This document shows positions 27,771 through 38,238 of a stretch of 64,000 nucleotides of DNA, in pieces. The stretch's first letter is position 1, and each line of letters opens with the position of its first letter. The notes beneath the pieces are model-generated. The model had not been told where the DNA came from, did no database searches, and saw only the letters and a program-made list of their open reading frames with translations. Source of the stretch: Candidatus Latescibacterota bacterium (GTDB taxonomy: Bacteria > Latescibacterota > UBA2968 > GCA-2709665); contig OZ242358.1 in assembly GCA_965208835.1 (NCBI GenBank), positions 5,056,001 to 5,120,000 of the forward strand, read 5' to 3'. The position numbers and the translations under genes are program-made.

Positions 27771-27953
27771 AAACAAAAGCAGGTTCAGGCCTGTCCAAAA
27801 TCGTCGTTTCCGGATTATTTCATATCGGATCTGGAATCCTCTCCTTACGGGTCGCCGAAGAACCGGGTAAAACCTCAAGTCCCTGCTCCGGACGCGAGCG
27901 TCGTGCGACCGAAGGCAATCTGCATTCTTTCACGGCATGATCCACCCATATCC

Positions 27954-28103
27954 GGAGCGAGGGCATCCTGCCCTCGAACTTCACGTCACCTGCCATTTTC
28001 CACATCAAGGGCCAATTGCTTCCTTTCCATTGCAAATCACATCTGGAATGACGGCGCAAAGACCCCTCCGATTCGCCGTCGAGAGCAGGATGCCCTCGCT
28101 CCC
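27954..28103. repeat. Inverted pair of GGAG-type REP-like palindromes
   Basis: GGAGCGAGGGCATCCTGCCCTCG (27954-27976) and inverted copy (28080-28103); third copy at 46791-46814. Confidence 0.75.
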
Positions 28104-28450
28104 GGGAACGCCAACCGCATCGGCCACAGGTCGTTGTCTGTGCTGGACAGCAGTGACGCAATTTGCATATATAATGGATCATGCACCTTGCGTTCGGTTC
28201 AGCGTTGAATTCCCCCCCACCGCATCAGCCGTCGCCGGAACCTTCAACTAGCTCAGGGGACGGCTCGGCTTCTGCGACTCCCCCTCAAGGGGGGAGTGAT
28301 CGGATCGCATATCGATCTGGCTATGCTTGATTGCAGCGATGTCGCGTGAGGATACGATGCCGAATATACCCTATCCACCGGCCAGCCGTTGCCTTTAAAG
28401 AATACCTTCGAAGCCGACCGTAAAGTGCCTACTGCTCACCTGCTGATCGC

Positions 28451-29071
28451 CTATATCAACCCCTTCTCCGTCGCGATTGCGACGGCTTCGGTGCGGTTTC
28501 CCGCGCCGAGTTTGGCGAGGACTTCGCTCACGTGGAACTTGACGGTACGTTCGGAGATGTAGAGCCGGTCGGCGATTTCCTTGTTCAGCAGGCCTGTTGC
28601 GATCAGATTCAGCACTTCCTTCTGCCGCGCTGTCAACGCATCCGGATCGTTGATGCTGTCCAGAAACCTGGATGCAACCGCCGGTTCCAGCAATGACCCG
28701 CCTTCATTGACGACACGCACCGCACGAAACACGTCTTCTCTCGGCGCGCCCTTGAGCAAATACCCCATCGCCCCTGCACGCATGGCGGAAACAATGCGGT
28801 CGTCCGTGTCAAAGACGGTGAACACAATCGTCCGCGCCCGGACGTTCATTTTCTTCAACCGCTGAAGGGTCTCGATACCATCCACCCCGGGCATCTCCAG
28901 ATCCAGCAGCAGCACATCAGGGTCGTCATCTACCACCTTCCGCACTGCCTCGTCACCGTCGCCGGCTTCTCCCACCACCTCGAAATCGGACTGCGTATTC
29001 AACATCGCGGCCAGACCGTCGCGCACAACGGGGTGGTCGTCTACGATCAGAATGCGAATCGGCGCGCTCAT
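28451..29071 (-). CDS. NarL/LuxR-family response regulator
   Basis: 'ILIVDDHPVVRDG', 'LLDLEMP', HTH 'NKEIADRLYISERTVKFHV'. Confidence 0.95.
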   Translation of the reverse strand: MSAPIRILIVDDHPVVRDGLAAMLNTQSDFEVVGEAGDGDEAVRKVVDDDPDVLLLDLEMPGVDGIETLQRLKKMNVRARTIVFTVFDTDDRIVSAMRAGAMGYLLKGAPREDVFRAVRVVNEGGSLLEPAVASRFLDSINDPDALTARQKEVLNLIATGLLNKEIADRLYISERTVKFHVSEVLAKLGAGNRTEAVAIATEKGLI

Positions 29072-30264
29072 TTCGGCTCCTGCGCAGGAATGCGGATTTC
29101 CAGTCGGGTACCGCGCCCGGGCGCACTGTCAATTACCAGCGATCCCCCCATTAAGTGCGCCCGTTCTCTCATTCCGATCAGACCGTGCCGACCCTCCAGA
29201 TCGCCTTCAACTTCGAATCCAGTGCCGTTGTCTTCGACGACAAGCGCCACATGATCGGGCGTCGACGTCAGTATGAGGCGCGCTCCGGTTGCGCCCGCAT
29301 GTTCCGCGACGTTGTTCATCGCCTCCTGCGCCATGCGATACAAGCCGGATTCGACCCTGGCGTTCAGAGGGTGTCCGCCAACACACTCCACGCGGACGTC
29401 CACGCCTGCCCTGGATCCGATTTCCTTCCCCAAATCTTCCAATGCTCCTTGCAGCGAGCGATTCTCGAGCGGCGCCGCCCGGAGGTCCAGTACCGCACGG
29501 CGCGCATCCTCGAGATTGTTGCGGGCCAGTGTCATTGCGCCGCGCAAGACCCCGGACAGCTCTTCGCGATCCGTATCGTTGTCAAGCAGCGCGTCCAGCG
29601 TTTCCAGTCGCATGAGAATAGCTGCCAGATTCTGACCGAGGGTATCGTGGACTTCCCGAGCGAGTCGGAGTCGCTCGTTCGCGACGCCGGTTTCGACGCT
29701 CTGCTCATACAACCGCGCCCGTTCGATTGCGATGCTTGTCAGATCGCCCACCGTATTGAGCAGGCGCAAGTCCTCGGACGAAAGTTCGCGCCACTCGACG
29801 CTCGCCACGTTCAACACACCCACTCTTTTCGCCTTCGCGTACAGTGGAATGCTCGCGTGATACCGCAAACCTCCCGTCCCTTCAACAAGCCCCTTCAGCC
29901 TGCTGCAGGTTACGACGTTCACGTTTGCGGCCCCCTTCAGATCACCCTTCCGATATGTATCCAGGCAGTAGCACCATCCGCCCATTTCTTCCGGATTGTC
30001 CTGCAACGCGGGCGGCAGGTTTAGTGCGGCAGCCAGGTACGGTTCGCCGGTCTCCTCGTTCATGAGCCAGATCCAGCTTGTACTCAGGTCGAGCAACGCG
30101 GCAACCTTGCGAAGTGTTGCTTCCAGGGCCTGATCCAGATCAACAGACTGGTTCAGTGCGTGGGCAATATCGTTCAGCACGGAAAGTTCGCGATTGCGCT
30201 GTCCGAGTTGGTCGATCGAAGTCGGCATGATGTCTTTCGATAGCATTAGTTTTTTTACCGTCAA
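29068..30264 (-). CDS. GAF-domain sensor histidine kinase (HisKA_3)
   Basis: 'ERLRLAREVHDTLGQ', 'QEAMNNVAEHA', 'EDNGTGF', 'GLIGMRERA'; GAF 'CYCL..VTCSRL'. Confidence 0.92.
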   Translation of the reverse strand: MTVKKLMLSKDIMPTSIDQLGQRNRELSVLNDIAHALNQSVDLDQALEATLRKVAALLDLSTSWIWLMNEETGEPYLAAALNLPPALQDNPEEMGGWCYCLDTYRKGDLKGAANVNVVTCSRLKGLVEGTGGLRYHASIPLYAKAKRVGVLNVASVEWRELSSEDLRLLNTVGDLTSIAIERARLYEQSVETGVANERLRLAREVHDTLGQNLAAILMRLETLDALLDNDTDREELSGVLRGAMTLARNNLEDARRAVLDLRAAPLENRSLQGALEDLGKEIGSRAGVDVRVECVGGHPLNARVESGLYRMAQEAMNNVAEHAGATGARLILTSTPDHVALVVEDNGTGFEVEGDLEGRHGLIGMRERAHLMGGSLVIDSAPGRGTRLEIRIPAQEPK

Positions 30265-30289
30265 CAGGCCTTGCCAATATATCTCCTGG

Positions 30290-31396
30290 TCAGGGCAAAA
30301 TCAAATGCAGATCGCCGAATTCGTGCCACAGGTACCCTTCGGCAAGCGCCGCCTCATAAGTCAGTTTCAGATGATCCAGCCCCGCCAATGCCTGCAGCAT
30401 GGACAGATGGGTGGCGCTCGGTTCGTGCATTCCGGTCAGCAAGCCGTTTACGACTCGCATGGGTCGTTCCGGTGAAATCACCAGTGTTGTCCATCCCTCA
30501 CCTTGAGAGACGCGTCCGGTCCTGTCGGCAACGGTTTCGATCGCCCGGACGACCGTGGTGCCTACGGCGACAATCCGCCCGCCGCTCTTTCGGGCGTTGT
30601 CAATCACCTGCGCGGTTTCGGCCGGAACGCGGTAGAACTCCTCATAGGGCGGCTCATCGGACTCCAGACTCGCGACCCCGGTATGCAGGACGAGTGGCGC
30701 AATTTGAACGCCCTTCGCCACCAGGTCGGTGATGACCCGGGGCGTGAACGCGCGGCCGGCAGACGGCATTTCCGCGCTGCCCGTCTCCGTCGCGTAGACG
30801 TTCTGGTAAAGCTCAATGGGCCAATTGTCCCGCGCATAACCGTACCGAACCGGCATCCCGTAAACTTCCAGATAAGAATCGACGTCAAAGGGTAATTTCA
30901 ACGTCGCGATCCATAAACGCACGTCGGCTTCGGGATCGTCCCTAAGTTCGGGCCTGTAGGGCGCGTGCAGGTGCACTTCCCCGCCACCGGGCAACGCGTA
31001 CACCTCGCCCGCACGGGCGATAAAAAAGGGCCGTGTGCCGTCGGATGCGCGCACTTCAACCGCCCACATCTCGGCCGGCAATTGCGTTGACAAGTGCAGT
31101 CTGAGTCCGGAATCATCAGACTGCAAGATCGGCAGGGACGCCTTGCGGGTGCCGCTCGTATTGATCACCATCACGTCGCCCGGGCGCAACACATCGGGAA
31201 GTTCGCGAAACGCAATGTGTTCGATTGAGTCATCGCTTCGCCGCGACACCATCAGGCGAACGGCATCCCGGCCAAGGCCGCGCGCTTCAGGTGGTTCGCC
31301 TGCCTCCAGGTGTGCGGGAAGCTCAAAGGCCAGAGAGTCGAGCTTTGAATTCACCATGGTAACGGGTAGTACCGAATTCGGCATTGAATCAGACAT
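30290..31396 (-). CDS. QueA-like protein (SAM:tRNA ribosyltransferase-isomerase family)
   Basis: 'YQNVYA.ETGSAEMPSAGRAFT', 'LHTG', 'AVGTTVVRAIE', 'WHEFGD'; diverges from canonical QueA motifs. Confidence 0.8.
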   Translation of the reverse strand: MSDSMPNSVLPVTMVNSKLDSLAFELPAHLEAGEPPEARGLGRDAVRLMVSRRSDDSIEHIAFRELPDVLRPGDVMVINTSGTRKASLPILQSDDSGLRLHLSTQLPAEMWAVEVRASDGTRPFFIARAGEVYALPGGGEVHLHAPYRPELRDDPEADVRLWIATLKLPFDVDSYLEVYGMPVRYGYARDNWPIELYQNVYATETGSAEMPSAGRAFTPRVITDLVAKGVQIAPLVLHTGVASLESDEPPYEEFYRVPAETAQVIDNARKSGGRIVAVGTTVVRAIETVADRTGRVSQGEGWTTLVISPERPMRVVNGLLTGMHEPSATHLSMLQALAGLDHLKLTYEAALAEGYLWHEFGDLHLILP

Positions 31397-31415
31397 GAGA
31401 AACCCCTTTCACCCA

Positions 31416-32117
31416 TTAGCTCGTGGCTGCGGTGAATGACTCACGCGCTTCGTAACGCCCGCTTTCGTACGGACCGTCCAGCAGTTCGATGAATCCGGCT
31501 ACGCTCGATTCAGGCAAGGGACGATCGCTGATATCCTCTCCGGGAAATGCCTCCTGATGCATCCGTGTCCGCATATCGCCCGGATCCACCCGGTAGACGC
31601 GCAAGTCCGGGCGTTCAGCGGCAAGTACGTTCGAAATCTGTTCAAGTGCCGCCTTTGAGGAACCGTATCCGCCCCACCCCTCGTACGCCTCGCGCGCGGC
31701 GTCGCTCGTCACGTTGACTATACGTGCGCCAGGCTTCAACGCATGTCGAACCGCCTGCAGCACGCCCAGAGGCGCAATTGCATTGGCGCGATACACATCT
31801 TCCAGGATATCGAGTGGATAATCGAGCAATTCAGGCTGTGGACTCGGCCCGAGCATGCCGGCATTGTTGATCACGGCGTCCAGTCCGCCGGCTTCACGCG
31901 CGGCCCGGGAAAGCTTCAGGCGATGTTCGGACCCGGTCACGTCTCCGGGAATGGCAATGACGTCTGTCCACTTCGCCAGTTCCTTGCGCACGCCCTCAAG
32001 TGCCGTCGGATCCCTCGCGTCAATGACCAATCGCCATCCTCGCTCTGCGAGCTCTCGTGCGAGCGCGAATCCCAGACCGCGGGATGCGCCTGTGATGAGT
32101 GCGGTTCGTATTGACAT
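31416..32117 (-). CDS. Short-chain dehydrogenase/reductase
   Basis: TGASRGLG, NNAG, YGSSK. Confidence 0.92.
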   Translation of the reverse strand: MSIRTALITGASRGLGFALARELAERGWRLVIDARDPTALEGVRKELAKWTDVIAIPGDVTGSEHRLKLSRAAREAGGLDAVINNAGMLGPSPQPELLDYPLDILEDVYRANAIAPLGVLQAVRHALKPGARIVNVTSDAAREAYEGWGGYGSSKAALEQISNVLAAERPDLRVYRVDPGDMRTRMHQEAFPGEDISDRPLPESSVAGFIELLDGPYESGRYEARESFTAATS

Positions 32118-32199
32118 AATCGACCTCCTTTGTAACTGATGCGCCTTCCGTTTTGGGCCGCTTACTCTTGACGTGGCTGAAATCTAGCCAAACAACAGG

Positions 32200-32252
32200 C
32201 CCTCCGCATCGAACGGAGGGCCTGTTTGAGACCTGTACTTTTGGACAGGGAG
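32200..32252. promoter_or_regulatory. Palindromic boxes, possible NarL-type operators upstream of the SDR operon
   Basis: CCCTCCG-N7-CGGAGGG and CCTGTAC-TTTT-GGACAGG. Confidence 0.35.
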
Positions 32253-32376
32253 AACCTGCCTGCAAGATCTGCACTTCTTTCGTCAGTGCTACCGACTGCT
32301 ATCTGAATAGAGTATTGATGAGTTGGTGAGGGTTTTTAGCGGAATGACTTTCCCCCCACCGCATCAGCCGTCGCCG

Positions 32377-32585
32377 ACCCTTCGACAACCCTTCGGCAGG
32401 CTCAGTGCAAGCAGCACAAGCAGGGCAAGTGCTCACGAAGCGCCTCTGGGCGGGTTAGGGGTCTCCTAGCACCGGCTCGATGGTCGTCCATTAAACGGAA
32501 TTACGCGTGGTCATTGAGCTTGTCGAAATGCCCGCGATTCAACGGCCCTTCGACCCTTCGCCGACCCTTCGACAAGCTCAGGGTA
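32377..32585. repeat. CCCTTCGACAAGCTCAGGG-type palindromic repeat cluster
   Basis: Several CCCTTCG(A/G/C)C units plus inverted GAGCTTGTCGAA; related unit at ~28240. Confidence 0.6.
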
Positions 32586-32689
32586 CTCGGTCAATGTTGT
32601 GGAAAAAAGGCAAACTATCGGGTGCTCCCCGTAATTTGACGAGCTGGCAAGGGTGTACGTCGTCATGGTGTCGGGTCGTGTTTTTCACC

Positions 32690-35407
32690 TCAATAGCCCG
32701 ATATCTTCGCGTCCCCGATTGACGTCAGTGACTGGTCGACCGTTTGCGCGAAGGCCGATGTGCGGAGGCGGTAACGTACGGTTCCCGGGATTTCGCGATG
32801 CGGGAAGAACAGGTGGCGCATGCCTTCGCCATCGACATCGAATCCGGGGTCGTCATCCAGCAGCACGTGCGTCTCCTCTCCTTCGCGCGAAACCGCCCGC
32901 ACCCGGCATCCGCGGGTCGATCCGTCGCCGAAGCTCACGATCGCGGTCGCCCCGTTCAATGACTCGCCGGCCGGTAACTCGCCAGTAACGACCAACCCGT
33001 CGTATGGCGCGCCGGCATCCTTCCTTGTCGTGCCGGTCACTTCCCCCTCAAACGCGCCGCTGCCTCTGAGTACGATCTGTTTCCACTTCAGAGACGTTCC
33101 GCCCCACAGCCCCATCGCTTCGGGCCGTCCGTTCCGCACCCTCACGAATCCGACTTCGCCAAGCAGCGACAGGTCTCCTGCAGATACGGCGTTGTCTCCC
33201 GATCCTCCCCGATACACGATATGGTCTGTAACGCCGTGTTGACTCACCGTGATCCCCACAGCGTCTCCATCCAGCATCTCGAGACGTACGTCGTCCACAA
33301 ATGGCTTTCCTTCGAACGGTTCGTGCACCGCGGCGAACAGACTCGAAAGGGGCGCCGGTCCCTTCCTGCGCAACAGAAGGATGGGCATTCGAAACCTGTC
33401 CAGCAGCGCGTCGTTCTCCTCCGCCCTGCGAAACGATATGGCATCCCCCGCAAACACCTCGGCGCCCGCCTGACCGGGAATATGCGTCCGCACCCCCACG
33501 GGTGAATCGTCGACGCTGAACGTGATCGCCAAATCGTCCGAAGCCGCGCCGCGAGAGACGTTTTGAAAATACCCATACGCGATATTCCGTCCTTCGGCGT
33601 CGCCCCGGTCCGACTCGCCCGTGGGAAACCGTACGTCCACGCCCGGCAGCAGGTGCTCCGCGTAGGGAGCAAGGGGAACGCTGACCGCCGCGTCCCCGTC
33701 CGCATCCGCGCTTCCATGCAGCGCCCAGTCGTGCTGTGAACCACCGGTTACGCGAAACAGGTCAATCGCGTATACATCCGATTCCCCGGCGTTCACCAGC
33801 AGCAGTCCGCGACGGTAGACCTTCGCCAGTCCGGGGTACGCCCGCTCTCCGCCCGCCTCCACCCACTTCACCACATCGAAGCCAGGCTCGAAGGCCAGCA
33901 GCCGCCCGTCTGAGGGCCCCTGTCTGCCGCCCGAATACTGCCGCTGCTCATCGATAACCACCGTATTGTGACACAGCGTACTCGTGCTCCAGACCCGGTG
34001 GCGCGTATGGGTGTACCCAAGGTCCGGCAACAGTTCCAGGCCCTTCGCAAACAGGCCCATGTTGAGATTGTCCGCGTGCTGGTGTCCGTAGCCGCCCGAA
34101 AAGTGGAGGTGAAGCTGCACCTGTTCGTCACCCTGACCACGCCCCAGCCACGCGTGTCCGACCCCCGCCAGCAACGTCGAGACCGATCGTTCGGGCACCT
34201 TCAGATTTCTGAAGTGCGCCCAATTGTCGTGTACCGTCATCTGCCGCCCGTCGGGATACCGGCAGATTTCCAGGATTTGCTCCGCCCGGGCGATCACGGA
34301 GATATCCCGTGCAAGGTCCAGGTTGTCCAGCCGCGTCCCGTCCTCCGGATGGACATATCCCGGCGGATCGCTATAGCCCCGGACTGCCCGGAATACCCGG
34401 TTCATTCCACCCATCGTCATCTGATGATAACCGACGCTGCCCTCCATCCAGAACCCGTCTTCGTAGAACATCCGCCTGAACAGTTCCCGGCTTCGCCTTA
34501 CGCCTTCGTGCACCAGCCCGGGGTCTGACAGGACCCGTCCGATCGCAATGTACCCTTCGTATATACGGGGACCCGCATTGCCGTAAACGACCCCGTGAAA
34601 CTGGTCCTGCCGAATGGCGCCGCGGAAGAAATCGTCCTCGATACGCGCCTTCACGTCCGTCCCCACTTCTTCCGAAAGCCGCTCCAGCTCTCCGCTGCCG
34701 TAGATCGAATCGTACGCGAACACCAGGTTCGTGGGCATCTCGTCGTGGCGCCACCGCCCCCATTTTCCGCCGCCATTGGGATACGGCGGCTCCATTGCGA
34801 ATCCTTTCGGTCTGTGCGGCCAATCGCGGCTTACGAGGAATCCGGGGTAGTACCGGGCGAACGCATCCAGTATGAGGGCCGCACGACGTGCATACGTACG
34901 GTCGCCTGTCATCTGGTACAGCTCGCCGAACCGCTGCGCGGTACTCGAAAAATACGATCGCGCCTCACGCCATCCCCTGGCAGAAAACAGGTACCTGTAT
35001 CCGGTCGCATCCTCCCAATAGGGATACTCAACCTCCACGCCAACGGGATTCACCACTTTCATCACCCGGTCCTCGGGATACCGATCGTTCGGAAAGACCA
35101 TGTCGCAGAATCGACATTTCACCCGGTGCGGATCGGATATCGACCATCGCAACTGCCCCTCCTGCGTACCCTCGTCGCAGTTCGGGCAGCCCATGAAGCG
35201 AAAGCCGGTCCTGTCCGGAACCAGGGCCACCATCTCGGCTTCGGACATTGCCATCACCCTGGAAACCACGCGTTTCAACACTGCCGCGCGTTTCTCCGAC
35301 GCCTCAACGGGATAGACCGGGCGGGTTGGCTCCGCCAGGGCCGATCTCGCCCAGCCCAGCGCGATCAAGCAGATGACCGCCAAAACCAAAAGGCCGATCC
35401 CATCCAT
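32690..35407 (-). CDS. Heparinase II/III-like secreted protein
   Basis: Signal peptide; 'DGFWMEGSVGYH', 'GHQHADNL', 'DLGY', 'HNTVVID'. Confidence 0.8.
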   Translation of the reverse strand: MDGIGLLVLAVICLIALGWARSALAEPTRPVYPVEASEKRAAVLKRVVSRVMAMSEAEMVALVPDRTGFRFMGCPNCDEGTQEGQLRWSISDPHRVKCRFCDMVFPNDRYPEDRVMKVVNPVGVEVEYPYWEDATGYRYLFSARGWREARSYFSSTAQRFGELYQMTGDRTYARRAALILDAFARYYPGFLVSRDWPHRPKGFAMEPPYPNGGGKWGRWRHDEMPTNLVFAYDSIYGSGELERLSEEVGTDVKARIEDDFFRGAIRQDQFHGVVYGNAGPRIYEGYIAIGRVLSDPGLVHEGVRRSRELFRRMFYEDGFWMEGSVGYHQMTMGGMNRVFRAVRGYSDPPGYVHPEDGTRLDNLDLARDISVIARAEQILEICRYPDGRQMTVHDNWAHFRNLKVPERSVSTLLAGVGHAWLGRGQGDEQVQLHLHFSGGYGHQHADNLNMGLFAKGLELLPDLGYTHTRHRVWSTSTLCHNTVVIDEQRQYSGGRQGPSDGRLLAFEPGFDVVKWVEAGGERAYPGLAKVYRRGLLLVNAGESDVYAIDLFRVTGGSQHDWALHGSADADGDAAVSVPLAPYAEHLLPGVDVRFPTGESDRGDAEGRNIAYGYFQNVSRGAASDDLAITFSVDDSPVGVRTHIPGQAGAEVFAGDAISFRRAEENDALLDRFRMPILLLRRKGPAPLSSLFAAVHEPFEGKPFVDDVRLEMLDGDAVGITVSQHGVTDHIVYRGGSGDNAVSAGDLSLLGEVGFVRVRNGRPEAMGLWGGTSLKWKQIVLRGSGAFEGEVTGTTRKDAGAPYDGLVVTGELPAGESLNGATAIVSFGDGSTRGCRVRAVSREGEETHVLLDDDPGFDVDGEGMRHLFFPHREIPGTVRYRLRTSAFAQTVDQSLTSIGDAKISGY

Positions 35408-35512
35408 TCCACACCGTCCTTTCTTCTCTGCGTTCGGTATAGGCCGGCAGTACGGGTAACAGGTGTTCGGGTACATGGGTGACACTCTCTGAAGTGGATG
35501 CCTTCTCCACGA

Positions 35513-36490
35513 CTACGCGTCGTCCGTACGAACCAGCTTCCAGACATCCGGGAACATGTTGTTGCCCGCCACCATCCAGAGCGCGTCGTCGAATACGAAT
35601 ACACTGGCGGCGTGGCGCGGGGCCCACGGCGTATCCGGCAGTTCGGACCAGTTCACCCCGTCCGGGCTGTACCAAACGTCGTTCCGGTTCCAGCTGCCGG
35701 TCGCCTCCTCCATCGAACGATGGGCCGCCTCGTGAAAGCAGCCTTCCATCACCCAGAGTTTATCGTCCCACACCCCAACGTCGTGGTACTGTCGCGGCGC
35801 CCACGGGGCCGCACGGGTATGCAACTCCCAGTTGGCGCCGTCGGCCGTACTCCACACGTCGCCGTACATCTTCCTGCTGTTGATACGCGGCGTATCGTAC
35901 GTGCCGCCGCCCAGAATCCAGATCCGGTCCTGAAAAACCGCGCTGCCGCCGATCATCCCCCGTTCCTCCCACGGCGCGTTTTCGACGACCCGGTTCCAGT
36001 TCCTGCCGTCGGTCGAATTCCACACGTCGTTGTAGAAGACCTCCTCTTCATCTGCGAACTGGGGGATGGTCTGCCCGCCCATCACCCAGATCCTGCCGTT
36101 GTGGACCGCCGTATAGTGCAGGACCCTCGGGCCCCACGGGACCGGATCGCAGACGAGATCCCATCCCATGCCGTCCGAACTGCGCCAGACGTCGTTCTGA
36201 TAGTGCCCCTGGTTGCAGTCTCCACCCACGATCCACATCTGGCCGTCGTGAACGGCGTAACCGGCCGTGTGCCGGCCCTCCCAGGGCGCTTCCTCGTTCA
36301 CTTCGATCCAGGTTTTCCCGTCTGTCGAACACCACACTTCGCTGTTGCAGATGATCGGGAAATTGACCTTGTCGCGCGGATTCCAACCCCCCAGCAGCCA
36401 CATTTTGTCCTGGAAAACCAGCGCGCCCGCGCCGTCGCGGCCCGCAAAGGCGGCATTTTCCGTTACGCAAATCCATTTGTAATCGGGCAT
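35513..36490 (-). CDS. Kelch/BNR-repeat beta-propeller protein
   Basis: Repeated 'W(L/I/V)xGG...(N)DVWxSxDGxxW...APW'. Confidence 0.8.
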   Translation of the reverse strand: MPDYKWICVTENAAFAGRDGAGALVFQDKMWLLGGWNPRDKVNFPIICNSEVWCSTDGKTWIEVNEEAPWEGRHTAGYAVHDGQMWIVGGDCNQGHYQNDVWRSSDGMGWDLVCDPVPWGPRVLHYTAVHNGRIWVMGGQTIPQFADEEEVFYNDVWNSTDGRNWNRVVENAPWEERGMIGGSAVFQDRIWILGGGTYDTPRINSRKMYGDVWSTADGANWELHTRAAPWAPRQYHDVGVWDDKLWVMEGCFHEAAHRSMEEATGSWNRNDVWYSPDGVNWSELPDTPWAPRHAASVFVFDDALWMVAGNNMFPDVWKLVRTDDA

Positions 36491-36528
36491 CAAAGACTCC
36501 ATAGAAAAGGGGAAAGAAGGAGCGTATC

Positions 36529-36633
36529 AGCAGGAAAACCACGGCTCACACAAAGACACGAAGACACAAAGGGCACAAAGGGAAACCCGGATACATAAAC
36601 AAGGCGGGCAACCACAAGGGTTGCCCCTACAAA
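36529..36633 (+). repeat. Composite block: ACACAAAG-type ~9-mer repeats plus GTAG-type REP
   Basis: Similar ~105-bp block at 44567-44671; ends GGGCAACCACAAGGGTTGCCCCTAC. Confidence 0.75.
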
Positions 36634-36703
36634 CTCAACAATGGCGCGGTGAACGCAGAATACCGTCTGTCCAGGGGGACCTCTTCCCCCGGCCCCTCAA
36701 AAA

Positions 36704-36832
36704 CGGGTAGACGGGAGACGGGAGAGGGTAGAGATTGCCTGCCTTGTCGGGATTCTTTTCGTGCCGAAGGCAAAGAGGAATAACATACCGGGCGAGGATT
36801 TCTTCTACCGTCTACCCTCTACCGTCTCCCCG
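36704..36832. repeat. Heptad-armed hairpin element, copy 2
   Basis: Same arms as copy 1; core GTGCCGAAGGCA. Confidence 0.85.
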
Positions 36833-36840
36833 CCTTTCTT

Positions 36841-37896
36841 CTACCAACCCGGCCGTCCCACGTACAGACCCCGGTTCTTCATCGGCAAACGGACCCGCAC
36901 GCCGCCCAGCCGGTGGGACTCGATAAAGCCCATCACCATTTCCTGGCTGCGTCGCGCCAGTTGGACGGGGCCCGATGTCTCCCGTCCCGTGTCCAGCGCC
37001 TCGGCGATATCCCGAAGCCCGTTCACGGTGCCACTCTCGGTCGGCACATCGGGAAACGGCGCCTCTTCCAGTGTATGCCGTACGCCGCAGGCCTTTCGGT
37101 ATTGACAGGTCATTCCGTTGTCGAACGTCCTCAATTTTCCTTCCGAGCCGCAAAGCTCGAACTCCGCACCACTGCCCGCTGTCGTATATCCGTGAACGCC
37201 GTTTGCAAACCGGACATAGCCGGCGGCCACGCCCGGGTCCACGTTCAACCGGTTGTCCTCCCAGTCCGCGTCTTCGCAGACAATGGTTCCCTGAACGAAA
37301 TCGATCTCCGGGTCGCCCGCCAGATACAACATCATATCCGACCCGTGGGTAAGCCCCCACAGCGCGGAGGTCACACCCTGCTGTACGATCACGGCCTGAA
37401 CCGATCCCAGGTCTCCCTCGTCGGCCAGTTCCCGCATTTTCTGATAAACCGGAATATATCGACGTTGAGTGCCGTAATTGAACTTCGTTCCATTCCGTTC
37501 TACCGCCGCCACCATTGCGTCGGCTTCCTCCATCGAGCAGCAAAGCGGCTTTTCGCAGTAGATCCCCCTGACGCCGCGGTCGGCCGCGAAGACGGTCATC
37601 TCCGAATGGGTTGCCGGGCGCGTGGCGATGCACGCGATATCCGGCTTTTCCTTATCGATCATCTCCCGGTAGTCGGTATAACAGACGGGAACGTCGTACC
37701 GTTCCCTGATGGACTCCGCCTTTTCGGCCACCACGTCCGATACCGCCACCAGGTCCGTCCGCTCGCACGCCACCGCGGCGGCCGCGTGCGAGTACGGGAT
37801 CCAGATCTGGCTGTTGGGGTGGTCGCGCACTTCGTCGTCGATCGTGGCCCCCATCCGCCCGCATCCGATCAGCACCGTCCTGTATCGATCCGCCAT
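36841..37896 (-). CDS. Gfo/Idh/MocA oxidoreductase
   Basis: 'IGCGRMG', 'YCEKP'. Confidence 0.9.
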   Translation of the reverse strand: MADRYRTVLIGCGRMGATIDDEVRDHPNSQIWIPYSHAAAAVACERTDLVAVSDVVAEKAESIRERYDVPVCYTDYREMIDKEKPDIACIATRPATHSEMTVFAADRGVRGIYCEKPLCCSMEEADAMVAAVERNGTKFNYGTQRRYIPVYQKMRELADEGDLGSVQAVIVQQGVTSALWGLTHGSDMMLYLAGDPEIDFVQGTIVCEDADWEDNRLNVDPGVAAGYVRFANGVHGYTTAGSGAEFELCGSEGKLRTFDNGMTCQYRKACGVRHTLEEAPFPDVPTESGTVNGLRDIAEALDTGRETSGPVQLARRSQEMVMGFIESHRLGGVRVRLPMKNRGLYVGRPGW

Positions 37897-37911
37897 TTTC
37901 CTACCCTCGTG

Positions 37912-38232
37912 TTAACCTTGATTCGTAAATCTTCGTGGACGTTAATTCGAATATGTGCCAGTTAATAAAGGCGATTAGAAGGCGGATTACCAGGATACAC
38001 CGGGTCACTGGACGCGTTCGTGACCTCTCCTCTCATCCCCTCGGAAGCGGGTAGACGGGAGACGGTAGACGGGAGAGATATCCTGCCTTGTGGAGTCTCT
38101 TCTTGTGCCGGAGGCAAGTAAGGAATAAAGTATCGGGCAAGGGTTTCATCTACCGTCTTCCCTCTACCCTCTACCCGCATTCAGGCTTTTTGTGGCCAAT
38201 TTGACTCTTGTCTATTGTCGAATTGAGGCTAA
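37912..38232. mobile_element. TTAA-flanked MITE-like element, copy 2, with nested heptad hairpin
   Basis: 37911-38014 matches 12600-12703; right end TCGAATTGAGGCTAA matches 12785-12799. Confidence 0.6.
38047..38178. repeat. Heptad-armed hairpin element, copy 3
   Basis: GCGGGTAGA...GTGCCGGAGGCA...TCTACCCGC. Confidence 0.85.
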
Positions 38233-38238
38233 CGAGCG

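Noticed and set aside
35498-36598. Long antisense/shadow ORFs (also 26002-27222, 36913-37965, 40996-42150, 6806-7780)
   Set aside because: They overlap well-supported genes on the opposite strand, as is typical of GC-rich DNA.
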